Part shown: positions 1 to 12,399 of the stretch, one piece after another
Numbering within the stretch: position 1 is the stretch's first letter
Layout: every line of letters begins with the position of its first letter
Assembly: GCA_030704615.1 (NCBI GenBank)
Contig: CM060734.1
Coordinates: forward strand, 11,222,001-11,286,000
DNA: 64,000 nt
Reading direction: 5' to 3'
From: Takakia lepidozioides
Taxonomy: Eukaryota > Plantae > Bryophyta
Made by a program: the position numbers and the translations under genes
The notes under the pieces: model-generated
Seen by the model: only the letters and a program-made list of their open reading frames with translations
What the model was told of the DNA's origin: nothing
Databases searched by the model: none

Positions 1-87
1 ACATTCAATCTGGATCTAAGATTGCAATCCATATGAAGCCACAATTTTTCCCAAAAAAACAGTAGAGTTTCAAGTATGACATTTCAC

Positions 88-2675
88 CTGTACACAACTC
101 GCATCATGGCCCACTCTCCTCCAACCTGACTGTCAAAGTCGTTGGACCGTAAAATGTTACCATCTTTGGAGAACTCCCGGAAAAAACAGTATCTCCAGGT
201 GAGACCTCTCCACTTCCTTATGTATGCCTCCAATGACATTTGGGGAGGGGAAACAATCGCAATGTTCAGGTCCTTCAAAGTCTGATCCAGCACAATGACG
301 GCGCGCTTTTCGAGCTGCAAATAGTATATTTGTCAGAATTGCAAAAAAGAAACACATCACATACTTGAAGAGAAGAAACAGCATGTTCGAATACACACCT
401 GACTCCAAAATGTAGCCTTGTGGAGCCAGTTATCAAACACCAAATCACTGATTCCTTCCACCTTTGTGCCAGGCTGTATGGTGCTCTTTGGGAACTGATT
501 CAAGTCCTTTACTGTTTGATCTGAGTTCCATATCTCCAGCCACCTTATTTTTGTTTGTGGGTCGACCATCGATATGGCCAGCCGGTGCAATTTCTCCTGC
601 TGCATCTCCGGATGCACATGCTTGTCATAGTGTGTTTTGATCTGCTGAAGGAACTCAGGACCAAGTCCAGGATCTACTATTCTAAGCTGCTTTCCGAAGG
701 CTGACATCAATTTGGTTCTTCGCATCTCAAACTCCTTCTTTATTGCAGCTTCCACACCCTTTGATGTCCTTAGTTCCTCTGGTGTAGTGCGGTAATATTC
801 GGATTTTCCCTTCTCAGCTGCCTCTGCCAGTTCTTGCTGCATTCATTCAAGTAGTGATTAGCTCCGAAGGGACTCTAAACATGTATTCGAAAAGTAAACA
901 GATTACAGACTCGGGCTTACCGCATACATGTACTCCAGAAACGCCTCTCGTGTCAAAGAATACCAAGTGCCTGCAGCTCTTCCTGTTTCGCACTTCTTGA
1001 TGATATTGGGTGGTAGTACTGTCCGAAAATCATCCAGCTTCATCAGACCAATCCTCTGAATTCGGAATAGTGTGTGAACCAAGCTTGTTGTCACATGCGA
1101 TTTCTCTGTCGATCTGCAAAAACATTGAAAACATTGCATTCCTTAACACTGTTTTTTGAGGATCAACAAGACACTACAGAGGGAATCAAATCTCCTGGAT
1201 GACTTACTTGTTCACGTCGTGCATAGCTGTAAGAAGCCTAGCGATGTCGTTTCCTGGATCCAAAACCATTGCCTCCACAGCAACATGCTTGTCTTTGTCT
1301 TTCGAATGGTGTTTCTGAATGTATCCCATCCATGCCAGCAATCGGTGGTTGCCGTCCCAGACGTAGAACATGTGGTTGCAAAATTGCTGGGTGTTCTTTC
1401 CCATCATGAGGCCCAGCTCGAACTCCTCATTGGCATCTTTCCAGCACTCATCCCAGTTATCACTGATCTCTGGAGAAACTAATGTGCTTTTCCCATTTAT
1501 ATCCGTCAGTGACACATAAAAAACTTGTGCACCAAGTCTATATCCATGCACAAAATCACTCTCCAATTTTGTTATGTCATGGGAAAGAGGTGGACGCACA
1601 ACAGGCATTGATATCATCCGGCACAGAGGTATGTCCAGACGCCCTCCAGATACGAGCATGTCCCTTATAACCTCCTGAGAGTTTACCTTCTGGAATGACA
1701 TGAGTTCTTTCACCTTGTCAAGGTAGTGCACTTCGGATTCATCTGCTTCATCTGTATTCTCTGAGCTTTTTGCGGACTCGTCCCCATCTCCAGATCCTTT
1801 CCCCTCTGATCCTGTAGGCTTCGACCTCACAGTTTTCTGCACGATGCCATTCAGTTCTGACTAAGTGATTTGCAAATAGTGAATGGCGGTAACGACAATC
1901 ACTCTGTATCAAGGAAACTCACCATGAATGGTGTGAAAGAATTCAGCACAATCTACACATGCAAAGCCGAGACTGCCGTATTCAAAACAAAAGTGAGAGC
2001 GATAGCGAACGGCGTTAACGACAATCACAAAAGATAACAACCTGCCGGATCGGTGTTGTGTAATGACATATATGTGCAACTGATTGGCGGCAACGACATT
2101 CAGTGTAGTTTAGGGAGAATAGTAAGTGCAGACTCTCTCTTCAAACACATAGGTACATAAATCTCATGAGCAGAATCGAATGGCGTTAACGACGCTCGCG
2201 ATTCAGTAGTTCCTGCTAAAGAATGGAAGAGGAAGGACTCCTTGAAAGGCAATCACACAGACTATATGATAAAACTTACTGGCACCTTCTTAGGTTTTGA
2301 AATTTGATCCCCTTCTGCAGCTTTCCTCTTCCCTCTCACATCTGCTGGAGTTTCTGTCTGCGCAAGGGTTTCTTGACCTTCTTCAGGTTCGGCGTTCCGC
2401 GTGCTTCCACCTTCTTCAGTGTCCCTGCGATTCATCTCTGCCTCCACAGGCTGGCGCACTCTTATCGCCGACTGTGTCGCAGCCGCTGCCTCAGTCTCCG
2501 TCTGCTCTTGTGAATCAGTCTCCGCGTTCACCTGCTGCCTTGGCCCTGTGTTCTCCAACAAACGACGCCTCGTCATTTTCTCTCTTGCTCTGCGTCTCTC
2601 TCTAAGGGAAGTAAAATAAAGAGACTTTCTTCTCTTTCGTATTCTAGAAGGAACCCTCTCCAGCTTGACTACCAC
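88..2675 (-). CDS. Multi-exon ParB/Srx-domain protein (copy 1), 3'-partial. Exons approx 2280-2675, 1208-1836, 921-1113, 399-836, 88-314
   Basis: FYVWDGNHRLLAW is the ParB/Srx DGxHR motif. GT-AG introns are phase-consistent, there are no stops in the exons, and the same intron positions occur in copies at 18-20 kb, 27-29 kb and 53-56 kb. Start codon uncertain. Confidence 0.8.
1881..2197. repeat. Four near-palindromic ~21 bp repeats (consensus approx TGAWTGGCGTTAACGACAATCA) in intron 1 of ParB gene copy 1
   Basis: Copies at 1881-1901, 2007-2027, 2081-2102 and 2178-2197. Confidence 0.75.
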
Positions 2676-3431
2676 TCTCCCTCTAAGCGCGAAAAGTAGA
2701 AAAACGCAGTGACTCCCGATTTCTTGCGGGATTGCCTGTGTTCTTGCGTGTCTCTAGAAGCATCGGATTCCCTCCCGCGTGACCGTTACACATAGTCGTT
2801 TCGTTATTAGTGCACATGCCAGCAATTGGTGTACAGCTGTTCGTATTCAGTTATGGATGTCTGACGTGTGCCGCCCAAAACAAAACGGCGTGTTCTAAAT
2901 TATAACTGGTTCAATATTTAAAAAGAACAGCGAATCCCAGAAATTGATGCGCAGTCTTAAACAAATAAATATAAATGAACGAGAGTTTGATGACAAATTT
3001 TGGAATATCATACACGGTCATCCTTGTTATCCAAACCCCACATTCGTTGCACATTTGGAACTTTCCAGGTGCGCATGATCATTGGTAGTAGTATATAGAT
3101 ACATTTACTTAATCTGCAATCCCATTCTCGGATCCTGTGGCATGCTTCCAGGAAGTCGGCTTTGTTATTGGGTTTATTGATGAGGTTCTGATTAACGGTT
3201 TAACAGTTGCCGACACTGCCCCTATGGATTCTCTGACCACTGGGCCCACAAGAAAAGTAATTAAAATGGACGGCTGCATATCTGGAATGAATAACAGAAT
3301 ATGCACAGTCGTTATCTGAGCTTCCTCCGCCATATGCTCTGCTCATTCTTCAACTGTGTTCTGGAGACAGCAGTAAACCGATTTACACTAGATCTGCGAT
3401 AGCAAGGTACAAACATACTCGAGGAAGGAAG

Positions 3432-6400
3432 ATGGCTTCCTCTGAAGCGGAGTTCTTCTCAGACGACAAACCAGTGCCGTTCTCCCAGGAAGTCCTTGAC
3501 AATGGATTTGCAATTGTTCTGGAACATGTCTTGGCTACCCGTTTTCAGCTGCAGAATGGCTCCATCTTTTTGGAGAAAGAGGTTTACGATCTGAAAGGGA
3601 AGTTGGTGAAATATTCTTTCCAAAACCGTGATGAGACGGCTCATATCAGCCAGTGGAGAGTGCGTCCTGGTCGATACAGAGTACTTGGAGAGCCTCGGCG
3701 AAAGTCCCTTGGGTCATATGTGACGCCCGGGACTGCTGCTTCGGTCGTTGAAGACAAGAGGGAGGTGGTGGTGAAAAAAGAACAGACTTCCTCCACTCCA
3801 ATCGTTGAGCTTTCGGATTCTTCCGATGATGACATAAGTGAAATTCCAAATCCAGTCCTTCCTACTGTGGTTGCAGAAGCTGATGAAGAAGAGATTTGTA
3901 GTGTCATTCCAAAATTGCGGGCGATGGGAGGAATGGCTGGATTCAAAAGTGAGTTGCGGGGAATTGATTGGGAATCTTTGAAGCAGGTGCCTGTGAAGTT
4001 CTTGCCGGAGACTTTTGATGGCGATATCCTATTCGAGCTGCCTCCTCCTCCGCGAGTTGGAGGTGTAACAATCATGATGCATGGAATGGACAAGAAACAC
4101 GACGGGCACCCGTGGTGCAGAACAAAAACATCCAATATTCAGAATGATGACAAGCTTGTTTTCAGGAGGACAGTTTGCAATGGACACCTTAGGTGTGATA
4201 ATTTGAATTGCAGACACTTTCTTCAGTCTGGAGTTCATAATCAAAGCGAATGGGAGGGTCTGGCGGAGAATCCATTTCAGCCTGGGACTGCCCCTCCACC
4301 GGCAAACACTTTCGTCTGCAAATTCTGCAAACTTGTGCCATCCTGCTTGGCGCTCTGCGGAGCAAGAATGTACTATGTTGTCCACCGTTTGAATACAATG
4401 ACGAGAGCTTGTGTGCATTTTGGATTCCATAACCATCCTGTCTCGAAGGGGGATTACAGGGAGAGTGTTGAGACAGTATCGAGGTTGATCAAACAGGAGT
4501 TCGGGAGAAACCCATCCGCAACAACATCTGCAATTGCTCTTGGCGCAAGCAAGTCCTTCTTGGAAAGCCATATTTTGAGTGAAGGAGATTCTGTGGGGAC
4601 TAAACTTGACGGTGCAGCATTGGACCTGGTCATGGATCATTTCTCCACTTTAAGTTCACCTAACATTCGGCATCAGATCAATGCATTGAGAATGGGCTCT
4701 GGGATCAGAGGCTACATAGACAATATTTTGGAATTGAAACGACTGAGCAAGTACGATTACATCCAGGACAATGTATTCCCAGGTCAAGGTGCCATCAAAG
4801 TTTTTCTTTTCAAAATGTCGACTGTTGGGGAGGGCAGTGGGGTTAGCCTCGTGAAGCGGATGCAAAGACTGGGGACTTGCAGAACTGTTTTCTTATGTTT
4901 GATCATGTGAAACGAGTGAAGGATTGGACGACAATGGCTTGTCATGTCTACGATCCAGTGTACCAACGAGTTATGACAATTGCAGTTTGTGACATGCAAT
5001 CCGAGGATACGGAATCCCAGAAGCTCATGTGGAATTCCCTGATACGTGTCATGGGCTGCCATGGGCTGCCATCTCCAAATTTCGCAGGTTTCATGGCGGA
5101 TAGTGCTCAAGCAAATTTCAATGCTATTCGTATTGTCTTCGGATCGGGCGACCCAAAAGTGCCTATGCCAGGAAGAGAGCGTACATGTCTATTCCATTGG
5201 ACACAATCTCTGGAAAAACATACAAAGTCGGACATCAAACCAGAGATGCAGACTCAGCACCGTAAATTGTGCAAAGAGTACAAAGATGCTAGAACAATGA
5301 AGGAGGCGGACACTTTGTTCCAGACAATTCGTGCCTGGTGGTTCTCTTCTGGAGCTGCATCACTTGAGAGTATGAGAGCATTGGAAGATTGGCTGGCGTT
5401 TTGGCACTTCCGGTATAGACAGTGGGGAGCAGCCATGACAATGGTACGAGGCTTCTATTTCATGCTTTATTCATACATTTGCTTTCCATATTTTTGACTC
5501 ATTGCTTTCTTTATGTTGTTTCCTGTGCACTATTCTGAAGTGTGGTTATCCTCTTTGCAGAACATGTCCATTGAGGAAATGGCAGACATGCCATCTTGCA
5601 ATTTGGCAGAAACTGTGCACAATGCATGGTTGCAGCAGTCTGGGAAACGAGGTCGGGATTTGTATGTGGCAACAACAGATGATTTGATACGTGCCTTGCA
5701 ACAACAAACCCGATACCGTGATTTCTTACGAGGTGGGGTTGGTGGCAAGGGTCCGGACAAATCGGAGTTGATGTTGCGTGCTGCAAACAGATCTGGGGAT
5801 CCAATCAAGATAGCACGGGCGGTGAGCATGTATGCCCAGGGAACGCCACTTGTTTCTAGAGTTCCACATCTTGAAGGGGAGGAGAGATTCGGCTCCTGTA
5901 AGAGGAAATTGAACACTCCACCTGGTTCGGATTCAGATTCCCACAGGGCAGACCGTGATAACTTCTCGAAGCCTCGTGTTCCCCTGCATGACAGCTCCGT
6001 GTCCGGAACCTCCATTGTGGAGGAACCTCCAACACGACGGCAAGCTCCAGCATCAAACCGTGCCACTGAAATGGTGCAGGAGAGAAACAACCCCCTTGAT
6101 GTGCTTGAGTCCGCATGCCCCGACCACGTTTGGCACATAGAACGCACAAGTGTCGGGTCTCGTGTGAAATGTACAGCGATCAGGGCAACTAATTTCGAGA
6201 AGTGCACTTCATCTATATCCAGAGGTGGTGCCCGAACTCCTGCTCCGACTTTCACGGGCTTGATGCGTCCATACGGTCAACCAGAAGCCAAGAACCACAA
6301 GTTCTGGTTCTGCGCAGATGATTGTGCCAGATGTGTGCATGGAACTGTGCGTCCTTCCGTAGTGATGAAGCCATCTCCTCCAACCGTTTGGCCCGTGAAG

Positions 6401-6946
6401 GTGGGAACACATCTCAGCTTTCAGGAGATTGAAATGCTGGAGGAGGCAGGTTTTTCCCTTGCGAGACAACCCCAACTCCATGCATGTGCTACTACTCCTG
6501 CGTCCTCCCGGGTCCCCCCGGCAAATCCTGACTTGTGGCCAACCAAACGAGATGGAAAGCTCGTTCGGCGTTTCCCTCCAACCGCTGAACACTTTGGCAA
6601 AGTGGAGTCCGCAAGAATGCTCCAAGCTCGTGTCGGAAGCACCACGGAAGTACCCGATCCAGGATATGGTCGGGTATTCACAATCATCACTTCCACATCT
6701 GCTGTTCATGACAGGACCTACGACATCACGGTTTCCAATTTCCCCAATTGCACATGTCCTGATTTTGTGAATATGCTATCAACCAGTTTGGGCAAGAGAG
6801 GTAAATTCATACCCTGCAAACATTTGTATTTCATATTTTTGAGGAGGATGGTTTGCGATCCCAAACGTGACAACTTCATTCACCAGGCCACTATGAGTTT
6901 CAACGAGGTCGATACTCTTTTGCAGCGGGATACAACACATGGGTAG
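3432..6946 (+). CDS. Mutator/MULE-type transposase with N-terminal GCM/WRKY-like Zn domain and C-terminal SWIM finger; intron 5444-5560; one frameshift near 4868
   Basis: GCM-like: DGHPWCRTKTSN..CNGHLRC..C..CKFC..C..GFHNHP. MULE DDE with CxxH: FLMFDHV, FMADS, CLFHW, SCNLAETVHN. SWIM: CTCPDF..PCKH. ORFs 3432-4910, 4877-5443 and 5561-6946 join into one protein collinear with copy B. Confidence 0.85.
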
Positions 6947-7352
6947 CATGAACTATGTAATGTGGTATGTGGATGACCATGATTTGAAATGTGTAATTCA
7001 CATCAATTCGTCGGCTGTGCAATGATATGGCCTCCAACTATACGGAGTGAGGTCTGAGTGACAACTTTTAGGTAGTGCACATTTGTCATTGCACCGTTCG
7101 AAGTCTACATGTCTTGCTGTCGCTATGCACTACAATCATCTTTTGAAGATGATCATAACTCTCATTGTTATTTGAGGAGGGAGGAAGTCTTCTCGTGGCA
7201 GCCTTTATGGCGCACACTTTGTGAGGATATTTTGTCGTCTTCGTAATTGTAAAAGTGAAACAAACATTTGTAATTGCACAATGTTGGATGCTGCAATTGT
7301 AGGCCTCAACGCTCGTCTTGATTCTATTTAGGCAAGATTCCCTGCATTAATT

Positions 7353-7597
7353 CCACGGTCATAGGACCATCCACGGTTATAGGCGGCGCATGTTAATGCT
7401 GACGTGGCAGTTGACGGACAGTGCCACGTCATCATTTACCGCCACATCAGCATGCTGACATGACGCTCACGCCACGTCAGCATGTGTGCAGGCTCACGCC
7501 ACGTCAGCTGGCGTGAGCGTACGCTCACGCCACGTCACTCCTGCGTGAGCGTACGCTTGCGCGCTCACGTGCAATGCTCACGCCATTGGGTCGTTGG
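7353..7597. repeat. Right terminal repeat array of element A
   Basis: CCACGGTCATAGG and CCACGGTTATAGGC followed by many GCTCACGCCACGTCA / CGTGAGC units. Confidence 0.75.
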
Positions 7598-8089
7598 GCG
7601 GGGGGCAGGCATTTGTTTGGTATGGAAGGGGATGCGGATATTTTCAATGACATCATTGCAGGCTTGCAAGGGCCAGCCCCTGCCGACCAAGAACAGGAGG
7701 GTACAATGCATGTGGATAACACCGAAGTGGATGAGAAAGACCTGGACGACGATTTCGCATGTGAATAAGTTGAAATTGTGTATGAATCTTAGTGCTCAAA
7801 CAGAACCCCCCACCATTCCCTTTTCTTCTATGTTCGCTAATGCATTGCGTTCACGTTGGTTTTCAGGATATTGGAAGCTATCCCTTTGCTCAACGTCAAT
7901 GTTTTTCAGTCTGACTTCTGGTGCAGCCCTCCACATTCGTACATCCTGCCAGAGTACGCTGAGGCCATTGCTCGACATCAGTTGATGAACAAATCTTCCT
8001 CGTGTGCTCAGAAGCAGAAAAGGCACCTAGGAGCTCGGGTTTTCGTGTCTGATAGTTCCACAGTTTCGGGGGATAGTTGTAGTAATTGA
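7598..8089 (+). pseudogene. 3' remnant of the amino-methyltransferase gene, interrupted by element A
   Basis: AGGRHLFGMEGDADIF..DDDFACE matches AGGRSLFGMEGDTELF..DNDFSCE at 13530-13698. Next exon SYILPEYAEAIA matches TFVLPVYAEAMA. Confidence 0.75.
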
Positions 8090-9693
8090 GACCATGCGTC
8101 AATGTAGTCCGGACCGGAGGATTGCAAACCGTGGCCCATGAGCAAGTCCCCTGCTGAGGACAAAGCTGTAGTTTGAGGATGCGCGGTGCCAATCCGATCC
8201 CACGACATGTTCCTAGGAACAAATTAATGGATAAAAAGAGAGTTGAGTGCGTGAAGAGGGGGATTCGCAAACCAGTTGGGGAAGCATTTGAGCGCCCTAA
8301 GAGGAAAGATGAGGGTACAAGGAAGAATAAGAACCCCAAGAAGAAACTTGTGAGTGGACTGGGGGATTGTGCAGAGGGGAGCGGCCCTCAATTAAAAATG
8401 TAGACAGAGTAGACGACATGGCAAAGGAGAGCCATGATGGATCAAAGAGGAGCAATGACTTGCATGTACGAGGTCTCAGTTTTATATGAAAGGACAGATA
8501 AAATATAGTAGCTGAAATTGATGCAGAAGATGAGAAAGCCATTGATGGGGAGCAGTGCCCTGGAACATTCTATCTCCTTAGCACAGGTCGGGGGATGCTG
8601 AAGCGTGAGCATGTGAGCGTGAGCACGTGAGCGCAGCCACGCTCACGCCACATCAACAGTTCTTGCCACCTAGGCGGCCGCGTCTGACTCCACGTCATCA
8701 CACCCTGCCAGCTTGGTAGATGCCACGTCACGGCAGGTTGACGTCATTTCCATAGGCAACAACCTATAACCGAGGGCTGAAAAGGTGGAAGGGGGCCCAT
8801 AGCCGCGGAATTGCGCATTCGGCTCAAAAGGAACATATGTGGGCGATGTTGTTGAATGATTATGTTTGCAGAGACCGAATATACAATGGTTGTGGATGAA
8901 TTAATGAGGATGATAGACAGTGAATGTGGATGCCACGCTGCGAATGAGGATGGATGTGGATGAGTAGTTATGGATGAATGTGGATGAAATCCATATGGCA
9001 ACTGCCAGACCTATTGTGTTCCAACACATTTATCTAATACAATGCCTGCACACGCATGTGTGTTCCTGGTAATGTAGTTGAATGCTCGTTCCTCAAGTTC
9101 AAGGCTTGTATGCATTTGCAAATATGACTTCATTTTGTATTTATGTCTTCACTTAGTCATTTTGAGCACACGTTTTAGTTGCAAGCCTTATGGCTGCATT
9201 ATGTATGCACTATTGGCTTCAGCGCTAGATGAAGGGCACGACACTGATGCCTACAATTGGTTATGGGTTAAACCTCGAACTCCTCATGCACAACTTTAAT
9301 GGGTATGCTTACAACTAATGAATAAGCTTGAAAATGTTGGTGCTCTATCGACAAATATTAGCACATTGTACCTCACTAGCAAGGCGACCAGGTCACATTG
9401 ACAGTCCACAGCCACTTCAATGTGGAGATATGGTGCGTTCCTCCAGTGTGGTACTGAAATGGCTCACTATGTGTCGACACTGAAGAGGAAAACAAAAGTG
9501 AAGTGTGCTGCACATGGAAAATGCTCCAGTAACCAGTGGGAAAATATCAAAGAATGGAATATGTGCCTAGCATCTGCTGTGTTGTCTTATTCTACATAGG
9601 TTTCATAGGTCGACCTTTCCCCATATGGCAGACATTGGTTAAATCTTATCATGTGCTTCATGAGGGATTCTCTCATTGCTCATTCATCCTCTC

Positions 9694-10014
9694 TCATTCA
9701 TCCACTGGATCCAATGGGCAGCCCTCCCCATCAAAAACATGGCGGTTCAGCCGACTCTTATCCTTCTTCAGAACACCACAATACTTGCAAATGTAAAGAT
9801 CCGTCTGATTCCCTTTACCCTTCCTAGCAGCCCTCAAATCCATAGCCGCCTCTGCCAGCATTTCATCCCACTCATCCGGAGTATACCAGTAAGGTATACT
9901 CTCTTCCTTTCTGTTAACATGCAAAAAAAGTCTCATTCCAGGTACAGGTTGACAAGGAGGACTCACAAGCGGCCTATTCAGAGCCATATTGAACCTAAAC
10001 AACAACGCACACAA
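9694..10014 (-). CDS. Small ORF or exon with a possible zinc finger
   Basis: YICKYCGVLKKDKSRLNRHVFDGEGC has CxxC-x12-H-x6-C spacing. No other support. Confidence 0.35.
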   Translation of the reverse strand: MCALLFRFNMALNRPLVSPPCQPVPGMRLFLHVNRKEESIPYWYTPDEWDEMLAEAAMDLRAARKGKGNQTDLYICKYCGVLKKDKSRLNRHVFDGEGCPLDPVDE

Positions 10015-12399
10015 ACAAATAGCCTAGCGTTGAAGGGGAACAAACCACAAATGAATGAGATTGAGAGGAAGAGCGAGAAAATGAAAAGGAGCAAGAAAAA
10101 ATAAGAGGGGATCGGTGGAAGTGGGCGGGAGAAGAAAGTGCGGATGTCACGGGGAGTGGAGGCTATTGAAGACACGTCGCCAATTGTCCACGCGGCACTT
10201 GGAAAGGTTAGTATGATGATTCGATGGCGGGGTGTGGCACGAAGAACGACGCGACTATTCATATACTTCCCGCTCCCCGAAGCGACACCACCGATAGGGG
10301 AGCGCTAACAGGGGAGCGCCCGAAACTAATTGTATATATACTCTATATTTATGTATATATATATACTACACGTCATGCATCCACGTCATAATGCAGTTAA
10401 ACCACTTTACTACACATCATAGCCACGTCTTGTCCACGTTGCATCCAAGTCGCATCCACGTCATACTGTAGTTAAATCACTTTACTACACATCATCATCC
10501 TCTGTCCCCACTGTTTTACTGTCACATTTGACTGTCAGAACCTGGCACCTCGGTTTAAGTGCTTGACTGAAATGACTTGACCATTGTCACTACCTGTCAA
10601 AGCAGTTTGACTACAGTAAAAGTGTCACAAACAACTCAAAAAACAGTCAACCACAGAGTCGAAAAACCCACTTCTTGTTGTAGTGAAGAGATCATGTCGA
10701 TGTTCTTCAATGGCAAGCCATCACAAACACCACCAATATTTATCTTTCACAGGTTGGCGGCCTGCTATCATCTCAATGGATTTGACCCAATTCCAAGTTG
10801 GTTCCGACATTCCCGGTGCCTAGTGTTCCTTCTAGAGATTTACGCATGGAATTGCAGCCTTTACGGTCATTTTGCCATCAGTGGCTTCGAGGTGGAGTTG
10901 AAGATGCAATTGCTCGAGGTGAGGTGGTTCCTGATTTGGTGCAAGACATTGTAAGGGGCCCTTCTCAATTCGCTCTCTCATACACTTCAATTTGCTGATC
11001 CCCCCATTTGCACCCTTGCAGTTTCCCCCCCTGCAATGATCATAATCGATCCCCCTGCTCTTCCCGTCCTTGTTGTTGATGTTGCTTCACTTGCTGCTGT
11101 GTCTGCTGCTCCCTGACGAGCCCTGGACGTGCGAAGACAGGGTGACGGCATACTAGCTAGGAGGGGTCGAGGTGTGTAGCGGAATGGTTTGGGCTCAAGA
11201 ACCACCCACCCGACTACAGGGGATCCGTGGCGTGCTAGTGGCGGTGTGTACACTATAATTAATTCTACCGGCAAAGAAGCGTTTAAGTTCTCATTCACAG
11301 GGCAAGGTTGCATTCTTAAGTCTTGTAGTCTGTTTATGTGTTTCAGTCTTGTATTTGCCTTCCAAGTCTTATTTATTTACTAATTCCTACTAGCCTAAAC
11401 CCCCGAGACGCTAATAACCGGGACATGTTTCCTTTATCCCTTCACAAAGCACCTGCCGAGCTTAGGGAGGAAGAGGGGAACCTCTTCCCACTACCCCTCC
11501 AATTTCCTTGGTGGTTGGGGTCAATCCACCTCTCAGGAATGGCAAATTTCCCTTTTAACTTCCAAATTCTGGTGTAAAAGGGGTCAATTCAAATCAAAGT
11601 CCCTTATGATTATTTATCCTTAAAATTTAATACTTCAAACAAATGGCCAAAAACTAATAAAAATTAAAAAAAATCCCTTGGATAGGGAATCTCCCCTGGA
11701 TCCCAAAGATCTGAAAATGACCTGCAGGGGAGCCAGGGAACGGCGTAAGTCAGAAGAAGCTTGAGACAAAAGAAAGATAGAGGCAAAGAAGGAGGATGCA
11801 GAGAACGAGCAGAGTCAAATGCTCTAGGTGGAGAAACGAGAGAAAATCCTGCAACTATCAAAATTGAAGCTCATTTGGCTTTCTTCGTAGTTTTTCAAGT
11901 GTATGCAATTGAGGTCAGTGTCATCAGCATCCCCCAAATGGGCTCACAATCTTGGGGGTGGGGGGTCCGCTATCCACTGTCAATTTTGCGAGGTGCACTC
12001 CGTTCCGAGCCAAGCAGCTAAGGTGCTCATGACTCTGTCCCAACGTAAGAGGTCCCCGCACCATACACGTGAGAACTGTGCTTACCTTACCTCTACCCCT
12101 CTTGTTGCTATCTCCCTGCCCCTCTATACTACCACATCCGCAATGATATGAATCAGCTTGTAAGGTCTGAGAATAAATTATACTGGGACAAGTTATACAA
12201 GCAAAAGAAGTCAAAAGTAGGGAAGCTGCAGGAACTCAAAATGTGAGGGGGCCATTCGGGCCTAGCTCTTTTTCCGAAGGAAAAGGGAAAAGGGCCCAAC
12301 AATTTGTAGGACAACTCAAGTGAGTCAAATCGACCAGGGGAAACAAGGGATCCGGTCGTGAAGGTGGCCTTGTTTCCCACAGTATGGGAATCCCTTCGA

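Larger units (their letters stand above)
1..7597. mobile_element. Element A: Mutator-like DNA transposon with divergent ParB-domain gene and GCM-DDE-SWIM transposase; left end lies outside the window
   Basis: Same two-gene head-to-head layout as element B (53420-60684). Right end has CCACGGTTATAGGC (7371-7384), GCTCACGCCACGTCA repeats and terminal GCTCACGC-N4-GSGTCGTTGG, shared with B. Confidence 0.8.

Noticed and set aside
5530-6255. Long antisense ORFs (also 3641-4135, 22305-22916, 23869-24504, 43590-44171)
   Set aside because: They are shadows of real coding sequence on the opposite strand.
7395-7583. G-box/ABRE-like TGACGTGGC/GCCACGT clusters as a host enhancer
   Set aside because: They are part of terminal arrays repeated at other element ends, and no host gene is nearby.
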